Shown here: positions 37,778-49,210 of the stretch, piece after piece
Position numbering within the stretch: the stretch's first letter is position 1
How the letters are laid out: every line of letters begins with the position of its first letter
Assembly (NCBI RefSeq): GCF_964194155.1
Contig: NC_135884.1
Location: 60,636,001 to 60,700,000 of the forward strand
Reading direction: 5' to 3'
Length of the DNA stretch: 64,000 bases
Source of the DNA: Cetorhinus maximus
Taxonomy: Eukaryota
Position numbers and translations under genes: made by a program
The notes under the pieces: generated by a model
The model's input: only the letters and a program-made list of their open reading frames with translations
The model's database searches: none
What the model was told of the DNA's origin: nothing

Positions 37778-40700
37778 GCAGAAAGACTTCCAGCTAAAGA
37801 GTTCTGCAATATTAAGGTCCAGGGTTAGAATAGTAGACACTCTGAGGAATCTTAATTGCAACACAGATTGCAGGAAAGAGGATGTGTGTAAAGTAGCTTA
37901 GCCTAACAAAGTAACTCTAGCTCATGGAACAAATACCCACATCGTGAAAACGTAATTTATATAGCTATTCAGGAAACTCCATTTAAAAGAATGTAAAAAA
38001 AAAGAAAAAGTAATTTAGAATTGGGATATGTAAAATATATGTCCGTAGCACCGACAGTGTCTTCACAGTTCATGCACCAGCACTAGTATTATGTCCTGAG
38101 TTATTTGAATGGCACGCTGCAGAATAATTCGATCTTCACATGAAGTGCTCATACTTTCTGTTTGTCCTTTCATGTGTGGAAAATAATACGATTGTAATTT
38201 GTGTGTGCCTGTGGTGCTCGTAAGTTTTACTCATGAAAGGATGCTGGGAATAGACTCATGAACCAGTGTATCATTTTCAAGATCATGTAGGAGGAAAGTG
38301 GAAATATATTCAAACCTTTTAGCACTGCTCGTCTTGGCTATAATAAAGCAAATAAATGTGGGTTGTAAATTAGCTCAGTTGGGAATCAATGTGAAGAGCC
38401 AACTCTAATTCCAAGGCACTACTGGATACAGGAAAAACTAAGGTGAGTCCAGAAGTTGTGACTAGGCATTGCCAAGCTTAGATTTTAAATGAATGTAGTT
38501 ATAGCAGAGGGGTAAGATGGAGAGTGTGGAAGAGTTGCACAGAATTAAAACAATTTACTAACCAGAATACCAGCTTTATAATGAACTAGAGCGCATCTTC
38601 ATCGTTCCTAACATACTGACAGGAAATTCAATTCATTCAATATATTCTCAGTGAAACTATGGATTTAATTCTAGCATTAAATAGGTATTCACTGAAGATC
38701 TATCTGTCCTTATATTGGGCCATAGACTGATCATTCATGCCTTGAGCTGCACTAAGATTGTAATGTAGAAACAAACAAACAATATATTTTTTATTTGTAC
38801 TAACAAGGGAAGGTAACATTGTTCTTTTTTAAGGAAACTGCAGATCTTGGGAATTGTTCATATTGGGGAAATGCACTTTTAAAGCATTCATGCGCTAAAG
38901 ACTAGACAAGAATACTGGACGTATGTGGTGTATGTTTTAGGAATAAATCTACATTTATTCACCATATGTTTTGCTATACACATACCACTCCTCTGCTTTC
39001 AACTGGGTTAGGGTGACAGCCAATTGATATCATGATCAAACTTTAAAAAGATTATTATATTCAAGTACTTGGAATTTTTATCAGAATGGAAAAATTGACA
39101 TTACACATATATAAAATTGGTTTTCCAGGGTCAAAGATTTTTTTTTCCAATAGTGGTTATGACTTAATATATCATTAAAAACCCAATTTCATCTCAGTAG
39201 CAATGGGATAACATTTCTCGGTGTTTTTAGCAACAATACCACAAACATAAAAGGGTCAGTTCAGCAATTTCTGACTGCTTGCAGGAAACTTCAACAGTGC
39301 AACCTTTGTAGGCGCATAGAAGCATTGACAACAATTTCTGCATTTAACTGTGCATGTGCAGGCTCCAGAAGTTGCTGACAGTCAGGAGGAGTAATGACAA
39401 TGAACACTGACAGTTTCACCATCATTACTACAACAAAATCTGGGTCAATGTCCCCCATGTTTTGACTCGGTAGAAATGTCAAAAATGTTCTTGAAGGAGT
39501 TGAATCAACAGAGCGTTTCTTCACCTGATTTCTCTCCATCAACTCCTGCTTTAAAGTGCATACATGGCCTTGGGATATATAGTGACAACGATCACTTACT
39601 TTTGGATAGTGTCTTTTATTGTAGAAGAACATTGCTGGATGCTTCTCAGAGACACAAGTAAAATGTGGGCATTAAGCCAAAGGAGGAGAGTTTAGGAGGG
39701 GTGACCAAAAGTTTAGTCAAAGCAATAGATTATGAACAGGATCAGAGGGGTGGACATATTTCAGTGTTTGCGATGTTCCAGAGGTGGAAGTTACTGGTGA
39801 GAAAGGAAATCTCTAAAATTAAATGGATGGATGCAAGTTTTCAATGATCTAATTGTTTTACAAAAGAAATACATGTACAAAGAAATTGTCAGGGGTCTGA
39901 GAGCAGAGGCACATCACAATATAATGCTTTGTACATAATATGGAATTTTAAAAATTTGTTCTGAAATTTTGGTTCTGCATATTAACTCCTAAGTTTTATT
40001 CACAAGAAAGAATTGAAACTGTTAATGATATATCAATTGTTTCTAATTATTGCAGGTGGGGGGCATTCATTGGAGTTTCACTTCACAAGAAAAGAGACAC
40101 TTACTGAAATTGTGATATGGTTAAGTTAGGAGACGTAATGTTTCACTCTGTAAACATATGTAAGACTGAGTAAACATTGGCTCCTCTATCATTTTTGCAT
40201 TTATTTACAGAGTGAAACATTACGTCTCCTAACTCAACAATACCACAGTTTTATTAAGTGTCTCTTTTCATGTGAAACCCCAATTAATGCTCTCCACCTG
40301 CACATAACTAAACACAATTGACATACAATTACCAGAAGTAAGCAGTCTTTGGGATGAATTGGAATCAAGGACAAGTTGGAGGTTGAGGCTGTGATCAGGA
40401 TAGCACTGGGTTTGGTTATTATAGGTTCCATGGTTGTGAATATTCTGCCAACTGTCATTATCTATGTTCATGCTGATGACTTGAGCAAGATAGTAATGTG
40501 GTGACCAGTCTTCAGAAAACCACAGTGGTGATGAGGCAGCCTCCTCAGGAGAGTAGGCAGGAAAGGCAAACAAAAATGTTTGGTATAACAAAAATTACGG
40601 ATTTTTCAAATCCTATTAATCCCACTGCTTTTTTTCCTTGATATAATTAGTACATCATGATCATTTAGCCTTCACCACTGGCCCAGGAATGTCTGCAGAT

Positions 40701-42703
40701 ATAGCAATTTCCCCTCTTTTTTTTCAATAAGTACATTTTGATTCAGTGAGGTGTTCTCACGAATTAAAACAGGAGGAGTCATATCGCTGCGCATGTCTCC
40801 ACTTTAATGAATTAAGTGGTTATTGGATTGTGAGAAAAAAATTCCCTTTGCTCAATAGTGTAAGTGTAGATGTGTTGTCCCATTTCCCTGCATTCAGAGC
40901 GTAGAGGAAATCATTCCCTGTGTTCCCTTTACCCCTAAATTTAGGATTAATTAGCTGAACAGCAAAATTAACTTGCAAACCTTGGAACATTTTCCCTCCA
41001 ACAACTAACCAAGAAGTCATGGAAGTAAGCATTTGAAATCTCAGATTCCCTTTTATCACTCAATTTGTGTAAAGCACTTTGACTGAGGAATGTGGGTTTC
41101 TCATGGGAGCAGAGATCACTTGTTCAAAAACAATGAGATTTCTTGATCTGCATCACTTCATGAAGTCCTTGGAAGTAATTAATCAGTCGAGCAATTATTG
41201 TGTAAGAACATTGACTAATCAGTATGACATTCCCTGCTCTAACTTTGATCTTGTTACTTTCTTACAGGCCCAGCAGCCAAAAAGAAATATGTAAGCTACA
41301 ATGATCTTGTAATTTAAATGCTGCCCCCTGAAGAGAACAGGAGGCCAGGTTCTTCAGGCGTCTGGTCATTCATCTGGCACAGGCCTCCATGCGCCCTACC
41401 GCCTATCAGTGGAGGAGCCTGTAAGCCAGGCTTTACCTCAGAGATTGAACACAGAAGACCCAAGTGTTTGATAGGCTCCTTGAGAAACAATTCACTGAAA
41501 CAACTATTGGATTTATCGGACTTGCAAGCCACTGGCACTGTCATATTGTTATGTGCGTGACCCGGCGCATCAGTCAGAGCTGAAACCAATGCATCTTTCC
41601 TTGTGGGCAAACTGCAATGAACAACTAAGATCTCACAGGGCTTATTAAGTCTTTGAGTGTACTTCCAAACTGCAGTTTTTGACAAAGAGAAAATAAAATC
41701 CCAACTATATAGTTTGTGAAGTTTTGCGTGGTGCATCCTTGTTGCTTCTGTTTCACTGTTGCTTCCTGAATGCAGTTACACTTATTAATTGGTCTTGGAA
41801 TTCCCTGTTTAGTCAACAGTTCACGTCTTGTTATGCCCCCTATGGAGCTGTGTGATAAAGGACTATGAAAGCATGTTAATTTTCTACAGTTTGTTTGTAA
41901 CAAGTATTGACATTAATCTTGATGCTTATGTGCCAATATCGTGGAATATTCTTTCAGCCAAACATGATTTTTTTTTATTATGGTCACTCATTAATTGGGA
42001 TAAATGATGTGTTGTTGTCAAAGAATGTATCAGCACAAGAAATAAAACCATTTGGATTAATTTTTTATTCATGCAAAAAGTGTTTCTGGCATTATTCTAT
42101 ATTTGTGAATGCAGCACATGGAAAGAAAGATGCAGAAAGTGTACACCCCATTAACTGCTTCAGTAGTTGTGTTCTGCTGTGTACAGCACATTAAATAAGA
42201 GCTCGGTGTTATCAGGTTTGATCCTGTGTGAAGGAGCGTGGTCTGAAAAACTGAACAGATTATAGAACTAAAACAGCAGAGCAGTCAGTACTTGAGAGAA
42301 AGACAAGCCTGCGATCGTGTTGGAAGAGCCAGCATTCATTTAGTTTGAACTTTCCGACAGACGCATCTGTCATAGAGATGGTGTCCTGCCAGAACCTGGC
42401 TCCCAATGTAAAATGCGAACAATATGTCTACCAGTGTCAGCTTCTACAGAGCATGTATCATACAAAAACTAGACTAGAGTGATGACGTGGATTAGAGTAG
42501 TAATAGTCCCTTGTATAATATCAGAGTATTTTCGACCTTTTTTGTTTCCATGGAAATGTTTTCCTAGAACATCACACAAAGCTTTTCATCTTGAATAACT
42601 AGTTGTAGCTAAAATATGTATGATAAGGTGACCTAAATAACTTTTTTAAAATAGTTGTTTGGTAGTACAGAACTTGAGTGTTGCAGAAAAAGAGACATTT
42701 TCC

Positions 42704-42737
42704 TGTTAAAGCTTTTCATCTTGCACTCATCAGGACA
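42704..42737 (-). ncRNA. Minimal type I hammerhead ribozyme motif
   Basis: Minus strand tgtc-CTGATGA-gt gcaag at-GAAA-agct-TT-aaca: core intact, palindromic AGCT in stem III, stems show CpG decay. Confidence 0.7.
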
Positions 42738-43134
42738 ATTCGCAAGAAAATACTAATGTCAGGGGAAACAACATATTTATACTGTATGGGAAGAGAGTGC
42801 TGATTGGTTGGCAAGTGGACTCTGATTGGTAGAGGCGTTGCCATGGGGAATGCATCAGTGGATGGTGACTGACAGTTAACTGCCTAGCATTGTTTGAAAT
42901 TTAAACCAGGCAGCTTGACTCTGATTGGTCAAGACATTGCCCTGGAGAATGAACTGACAAATGGCTGTCACTTATTTTGTTTAGCTGAAACAGATGTAAT
43001 GTGTATATTTGTTCTTTCTGTGTATTCTGTGTCTAATTCTGTGTATTAGTATATGTAGCTTCCAGCACATACACATGCACTCTCTTCTCATGCAGTATAA
43101 ATATGTTATTTCCCCTGACATTGGTATTTTCTTG

Positions 43135-43164
43135 CTGATGAGTGGGAGATGAAACGCTTCGACA
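43135..43164 (+). ncRNA. Minimal type I hammerhead ribozyme motif (stem I 5' arm deleted)
   Basis: CTGATGA-gt gggag at-GAAA-cgct-TC-gaca. Confidence 0.6.
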
Positions 43165-44532
43165 AAAAATGCCTCTTTTTTTTCAACAATACTAAACTTT
43201 TTTTAATTCCTTATGTTTGTGGGGTCATCTTTTCTTTTGCAGGTTTTTCTGACATGGAAGCATTTATCTTGAGAAATAATGAAAGCGCATTTGAATCTCT
43301 CAGTGTCATGAAACTTCTCTTCTTTGTCCAGAATTTATTTTTAAAAGTTACACCTCAAGAGATTTTTCAACCCATTGTTGCTATGGCATCTTCCTGAACA
43401 AGCCATCCGTTTAGTCCCATTCCTCTGTCCTTTCCCCAAACGCTATTAATTATTATTTTTTCTTTTAAAAACATTTATTCACTTACCTTTTAAATGCTAT
43501 TTGCGATTCTGCTTCCACCACGATTAATGCTGAGACATCCTGGCCTAAACTTTAACCTGCATCAAGGCCCAAATAGTGGGGTGGATAACAGTGTTCTTAA
43601 AGGCAACTCCCTCAAATCTTTCACAAGAAACCTTTACCTCTGTTTTATTTCCAAACAGGCCCTTCCAGATGTCTGCCACATTTAAATGGGGGCAATTGAA
43701 CCTTAGCTAACTCCTTCACCACATTCCCCTCCATTTTTCCCCCAAAACCTGCTAAATCTTTTATCAGTGGCACAAAAGCTGCTGCAAATACCATGCTGTG
43801 GAAGTGACTGGGTGTGTTGCTGCTGTAGGTTGCAGCTTATAGCCACCTGACCATTACCAACGGACTTAAGTCAGGAATTTTTGTTATTTTTTTTACTCAG
43901 CTCTGCTAAAAGTACTGCTTTATTCTCTTGTTATGAATTTCTAAATGGGAGTCCCTTTCTTCTGGTGTAATGAAGAATAGAAGGATGAAGCGGTCAGTTT
44001 AAGAGGCTCTCATTGCCAGGCATCCCCAAAGATGTCTCCTTTCCTACATCTGAACACTCATTCATCTGGGTCAACTGACTCTAGAGCATAAGAAGGATGC
44101 ACAAAAAGGAGACGAAATGGAACAGAAGAGCCAACACTGGGAAAGCACAACTGATGGCCCAAAAATGGCAAAAAAAAAGCTTGAGCTGAAGCATATTTCC
44201 AACTTCCAGTTAAGGAGCGGGTAATGTGTCTGTCAGATTTTGAATGTCCATCACTAGTGACCGAGGGCTACCATTCCAAGTTATTGAATGGGTGCTATAG
44301 CTTTTGAGTGGGTTGTCGGGAAATCTCTAAAACGCAAACTGGATGATGGGCGTTATATTTTTTGAAACAAAACCAATTGTCCACATTTCTCTAATTTATT
44401 ATCCTGAGGTCTCTCATGATTCCACTTCTAACCATGGCCTCTTCCCACCTCTATCCAATTTTACACTTGACAAAAGGTGATAATGCTAACTGGAGGATAG
44501 TTGGTTGAGCTACTCACAAATTGAACCTTCTT

Positions 44533-45260
44533 GAACACCTTCGGTCTGTCCGCAAGCTTCCCTGTCGCTTGCCATTTCAACACACCTCCCTGCTCTCATG
44601 CCCACATTTCCATCCTTGGCCTGTTGCAATGTTCCAGTGAAACTCAATGCAAACTGGAGGAACAGCACCTCATCTTCCGATTAGGTACCTTACAGCCTTC
44701 CGGACTTAATATTGGGTTCAACAATTTCAGATCATGAACTCTCTCCTCCATCACCACCCCCTTTCCGATCCCCCCTTTTCCAATAATTTATAATTTAAAA
44801 AAAAATATTTTTCTTTTCCCACCTTTTCTTAAATTTATTTCGATCTATTGTTTTATCTCCACCTTTTAGCCCATTTCAATCCCTTCCCCCCACCCCACCC
44901 CCCACTAGGGCCATCTGCCACTAGCTTGTCCTGCTTGCTACCCTTAATGTCCCCATTAGCACATCCCTTAGCTAATATCACCACCACCAACACCCCTTTG
45001 TCCTTTTGTCTATGACATCTTTGGCAATCTCTTCTTTGCCTCCACCTATCACTGGCCCCCTATCCAGCTCTACCTGTCCCACCCCCCTCTACCAGCTTAC
45101 ATTTCACCTCATTTCTCTATTTCCTTAGTTCTGATGAAGAGTCATTTGGACTCAAAACATCAGCTGTATTCCTTTCCGCAGATGCTGTCAGACCTGTTGA
45201 GTTTTTCCAGGTATTTTTGTTTTGTCTAGGTTTCCAGCATCCGCAGTATTTTGCTTTTTT
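44533..45260 (+). mobile_element. Penelope-like element 3' fragment (GIY-YIG end plus tail)
   Basis: FPVACHFNTPPCSH..KLEEQHLIFRLGTLQPSGLNI; homologous to 53330-54030; CTTCTT direct repeats at 44527-44532 and 45261-45266. Confidence 0.93.
45127..45165 (+). ncRNA. Penelope hammerhead motif, probably inactive
   Basis: agtt-CTGATGA-a gagtc atttg gactc-AAAA-catc-agct; GAAA mutated to AAAA (CpG decay). Confidence 0.6.
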
Positions 45261-45597
45261 CTTCTTAATACCCTGCTCAAGATACGTAGCAGATTCCTTT
45301 GTGACTCCAAGCTAGATTTTGCCCATTTATAGGGCTGAATTTTCCCAGAATTGCACTAAGTGCAGTAGCGGGCGGGTAAAATGGAGTCCTACCCGGCGAT
45401 GAAAATGACGGGTTTTCACACTGTATCTTCCTGAGCCCACCTCATTATTTATTCACTCCTGCAAAACACGCCGTTTCCATGGTGGGTGGGCTCTCATTCG
45501 CCCGCTCGCCATCACACCCGCTGTTGCATCACGCCGGCCGCCATCATTAAAAGGCAGCCGCCAACAAAGTGCTCATTGCCACTACTGTCTGCAAGAC

Positions 45598-47270
45598 ATG
45601 GCCTGCAAAGGAGAAACGACTGCAGACCCTGCTTCAACGATGGGTCCCTCGAGCGACTGCTAGATGTCGTGGTGGCCCGCCGGGATGTGCTCTACCCCCG
45701 CTCTGGCAGCAGGATGGGTAGCAATGTCACCAACCCGGCTTGGGAGGCAGTGGCAGTGGTGGTAAGCGCCAGTGGCCTTCAGAGGAGGACAGCCATTCAG
45801 TGCTGCAAAAAGATGAATGATCTCCTCCATTCCACCAGGGGAAGTCACTCTTCTCATCACTCCCAACTCACACACTCACAAACCCATCACACACCCACAG
45901 GGCCCTCACTCATTGCCATCGCAAGGCACATCACCATTCACTCTCTCACACACACCGTCATTGTCCTCACCCGTCCATGGGACCACTCACCACCCACACA
46001 GGTCAGGCATGCTTAACTGGCCCAGCATGCATCCTGATACACTCTCCGCATCTCTATCCACGCAGGACAAACTGGCTCACAACAGGAGGCAAAGGTTGCA
46101 ACAGGTGGAGGGATGCCGGAATTCAAAGTTCTAACAGAATTTGAAAACAGAGCCATCCAGCTGGCCGGTGATGACCGGGACCGGTCCTGTGCTGATGGTG
46201 AAGTCGGCGCTGCTCTACCAAGTGAGGATCCAGCAGTGCAACATCCATCAGACAGTCATGCTGTGAGTGATGTGTCCTCTTTCACAGGCCACTAATTATC
46301 GCCCCTTGCTTTCACAGGCACGTCTGGGAAGCAGCCGACACAGTCCACAACCCAGGGCCTCCATTCAAGCCCCGAAGAACCTCTGAAGAGGAATCTGAAT
46401 GCACCCTCCCTGAAGTCTTATCACAGCGCTCACTCACACCCTCCACCAGTGCAGAGACACACACCTCGGTAGGACCTAGCTTTAGAGTAGCCTCGGGATC
46501 ACAATCTGGTGAGCACATTGCACTTTCTGATCCACAGTAGGCGGAGGCAGGGACTTTCCAGGTCCCCGGCACTCGGAGGACTGCTGGAGACCAGGACGTT
46601 GCTGAGTCCGAGTCAGGTGACGAGTCTCTGGGCTTGGTCATGTCACAGTTGCTGGAGCTGTAAAGACAAGCTCGGGAACATCAGGAAGGGATGTCCGCTG
46701 CACTCCTCAGATTGCAAGGCACGATGGAGGAGTCTGTCCGCCTTCAGGCTGAGGTGATAGCGCCAGCATTGCAATTCACCAAGGTCAACACTGGCAGGAT
46801 GGCGGCCGCCATGGAGACCTTGGTCCAGGACGTCACTCCTGCACTGCTGCGTGGGCTTAACTCCATCGCTGATGCCATAGTTGGCCTCCAACAGTGCGTA
46901 CGCAGGAGGGGTGCTGGGCAGCTCGACCTCACTCCAGCCACCCCTTCCCCTCAAGGAGTCAGCCAGGGGCCCTCGGACAAACATAGGGAGGAGGATCAGC
47001 AGGTGCACACTCCGGGGCCATGCACACAGGTGACTGTGGGAGTGACCGCTCTATCCAAATCCCCTCTTGCTGTGGCCTCCGCAGATCCAGCTTCACAGGC
47101 TGAGGAGGGTGTTGCTGCCACACAGCAGGACCCCGAAAGCAGACCGGGGCTTTCCAGGTCTCAGCACTCCAAAATCATCACAGACAGGGCATCATAGTCA
47201 GCAGGCTGCCTCCACCTCTGCTGTGGATGTCTAGGGAGCACCAGGCAGGGTTAGGAAAGTTAAGGAGAAT
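45598..47270 (+). pseudogene. Harbinger Myb/SANT-like DNA-binding protein, 3 exons, frameshifts and stops
   Basis: Exon 1 ~45598-45839 (FNDGSLERLLDVV.ARRDVLYP..WEAVA..RTAIQCCKKMNDL; donor decayed to ggaagt), exon 2 46066-46220 (DKLAHNRR..GGMPEFKVLTEFENRAIQLAG), exon 3 from 46318 (coiled-coil-like MSAALLRLQGTMEES). Confidence 0.85.
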
Positions 47271-47582
47271 TAGCTGCACAGCCTGGCCACGGGTGTTAAT
47301 CACTTGTACATAATGTTCACTATTGTCACTAAACTCCCAAGAATATCTCCCTGCCTATGGCTCCTTGTTCTGATGAGCAGTGTTCTTGTCACTCAGATGT
47401 GAAACCTTTCTGCACAAGATAAAAGGCCAGTCCAGGGCCCCTTCCCTGTGCTCTGTGCAGCTTTCAGACCACAGTGATGGCCCAGCCTCACACTCCCTGG
47501 AAACATTATTGATGCCTGCACCTCGGCAGTGCTGGTCCTTGCTGCCAGAATGTGGCTGCAGGCGCCACAGAGTTCTCTCATT

Positions 47583-49210
47583 GCAGACGACAATGATGCG
47601 TGACACCCTCTGCGGACTGTATTGCAGGGCTCCACCAGACCGGTCCAGGCACCGGAACGCCATCTTCAGCATCCCGATGGTCTGCTCCACCAAGTTGCGA
47701 GTTGCTGCATGAGCCTCATTATAGTGTCGCTCTGCTGCAGTCTGAGGCTGCCGCACGGGTGTCATCAGCCACAGCCTCTGCAAGTAGCCCTTGTCCCCTA
47801 GGAGCCAACCCTGCAGCCTCTGTGGACCCTGGAAGACTGCAGGGATCTGCGAGTGACTCAGGGTGTAGGCATCATGCACACTCCCTGGAAACCGTGCGCA
47901 CACCTGCAGGATGCGTTTCTGGTGGCCGCATACCAGCTGCACGTTCAGTGAGTGGAAGCCCTTGTGGTTGATGAAGTCCACCAAGTGTAGCGATGGAGAC
48001 CTGAGCGCCACATGAGTGCAGTCAACTGCACCCTGCACCTGTGGGAATCCCGAGATCAGGGCAAATCCGATAGCCCTTGTGTCCTGGTCCCAGACGAAAT
48101 GCACAAAGTTGTGAGAGTTCTCCCATTCTCTCTATGCGCTCTCAGCACCTTTAAGGTGGGGCTGGCCCCCATCACATCAGCATCTGCGACCAGTGATGCT
48201 GTTCTCTTGCTCCTGAAGAGCTGAGGTTCTGAAGGTGGACACAGCATCAGATGCGTCTAAAGTTTCATGGCTGCATCTCTGTAATGGCCCTGATCATGGA
48301 GCGCAAGCGAGCTGCCCTCGGCCAGACAGGAGTCAGATATTCTCAGAGGCTATGTGAAGATCTATGGAGTGTCCTCACTGAAAGTTGTCAACATCCTCCT
48401 GCGATCGAGCGACTATTAGGGCCTCCACTGCATCTCCATGACAGGAGCATTCTCACAAAGAGTATTGGCGCTGAGATAAGCCAGACTGGAGTCAAACGTT
48501 CACAACTGCAATATGAGGATCTACAGAGACACCTCACTGCATGTCATCATCATCCTGCACAAATCTGACAGCTTTGAGGGCCTCCCACATGCACCTGTCT
48601 CATCTAGCCAGTGCGAGAGACTCATCCTTGTCATTGTCACCACCAAGGACCCCCTCACCCTCATCCCCGTCAGCATCTCCTCATTGGAGAAGACATTCCG
48701 GCCTCCATCTCCTCCTCAACCAGCTTCTCACCCCTTTGCAGTGCCAGGTTGTAAAGTTCTGTGCTATGGAGAAGATGGCACCCGTGACCTCATGGATGCA
48801 TTTGTGGGTGGCGGATTGTGAAATCCCACAGAGGTCACCTGTGGAGACCTGAAAGGAGCCACTGGCATAGAAATTGAGCGCCACGGTCACTTTCACAGCC
48901 ACTGGCAGTGGATGCCCTCCATGTCCCCTTGGCGCCAAGTCCTGCAGTAAGTGGCAGATGTGAGCCACCAGGTCCCTAGACATATGCAGTTGTCTGCAAC
49001 ACTGGTTCTTAGTCATCTGCAGATGACTATAGACCCTGGGTGTCGCTAGGCGCCAATCAGCCATGGCTCGCTGTCATTCCTGGGCAGTGTGTGCGGGAGC
49101 CCCTGCTGCCCCTTCTTCATGAGGTTGCTGCTCCTGCCATTGCGCAGCCAGGTGCCTCATTCGTTCTCTCCTCCTTCTTCTATGGTCTCTGTAGGCCATC
49201 AGGCATATTT
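47583..49210 (-). pseudogene. Harbinger (HARBI1-like) DDE transposase, segments out of order
   Basis: N-part 48753-49210 (LPVAVKVTVALNFYASGSFQ..ISQSATHKCI), core 47583-48113 (GAVDCTH..KGFHSLNVQ..PGSVHD..LLGDKGY..VEQTIGMLK), acidic C-terminus in 48540-48752. Confidence 0.92.

Larger units (their letters stand above)
42676..43194. mobile_element. Penelope pLTR-like element with ~120-bp inverted termini
   Basis: 42677-42800 is the reverse complement of 43077-43193 (one ~8-nt gap); internal ~37-bp direct repeat with CCAAT boxes (42818, 42917); possible AACTT TSD. Confidence 0.8.

Noticed and set aside
41314-41736. 140-aa minus-strand ORF and overlapping 80-aa plus-strand ORF
   Set aside because: No homology recognised in any frame; kept only as part of a CNE-like block
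47355-48104. Domesticated HARBI1 host gene
   Set aside because: Lies within TIRs and TSD, segments are out of order, and the companion Myb gene has stops and frameshifts
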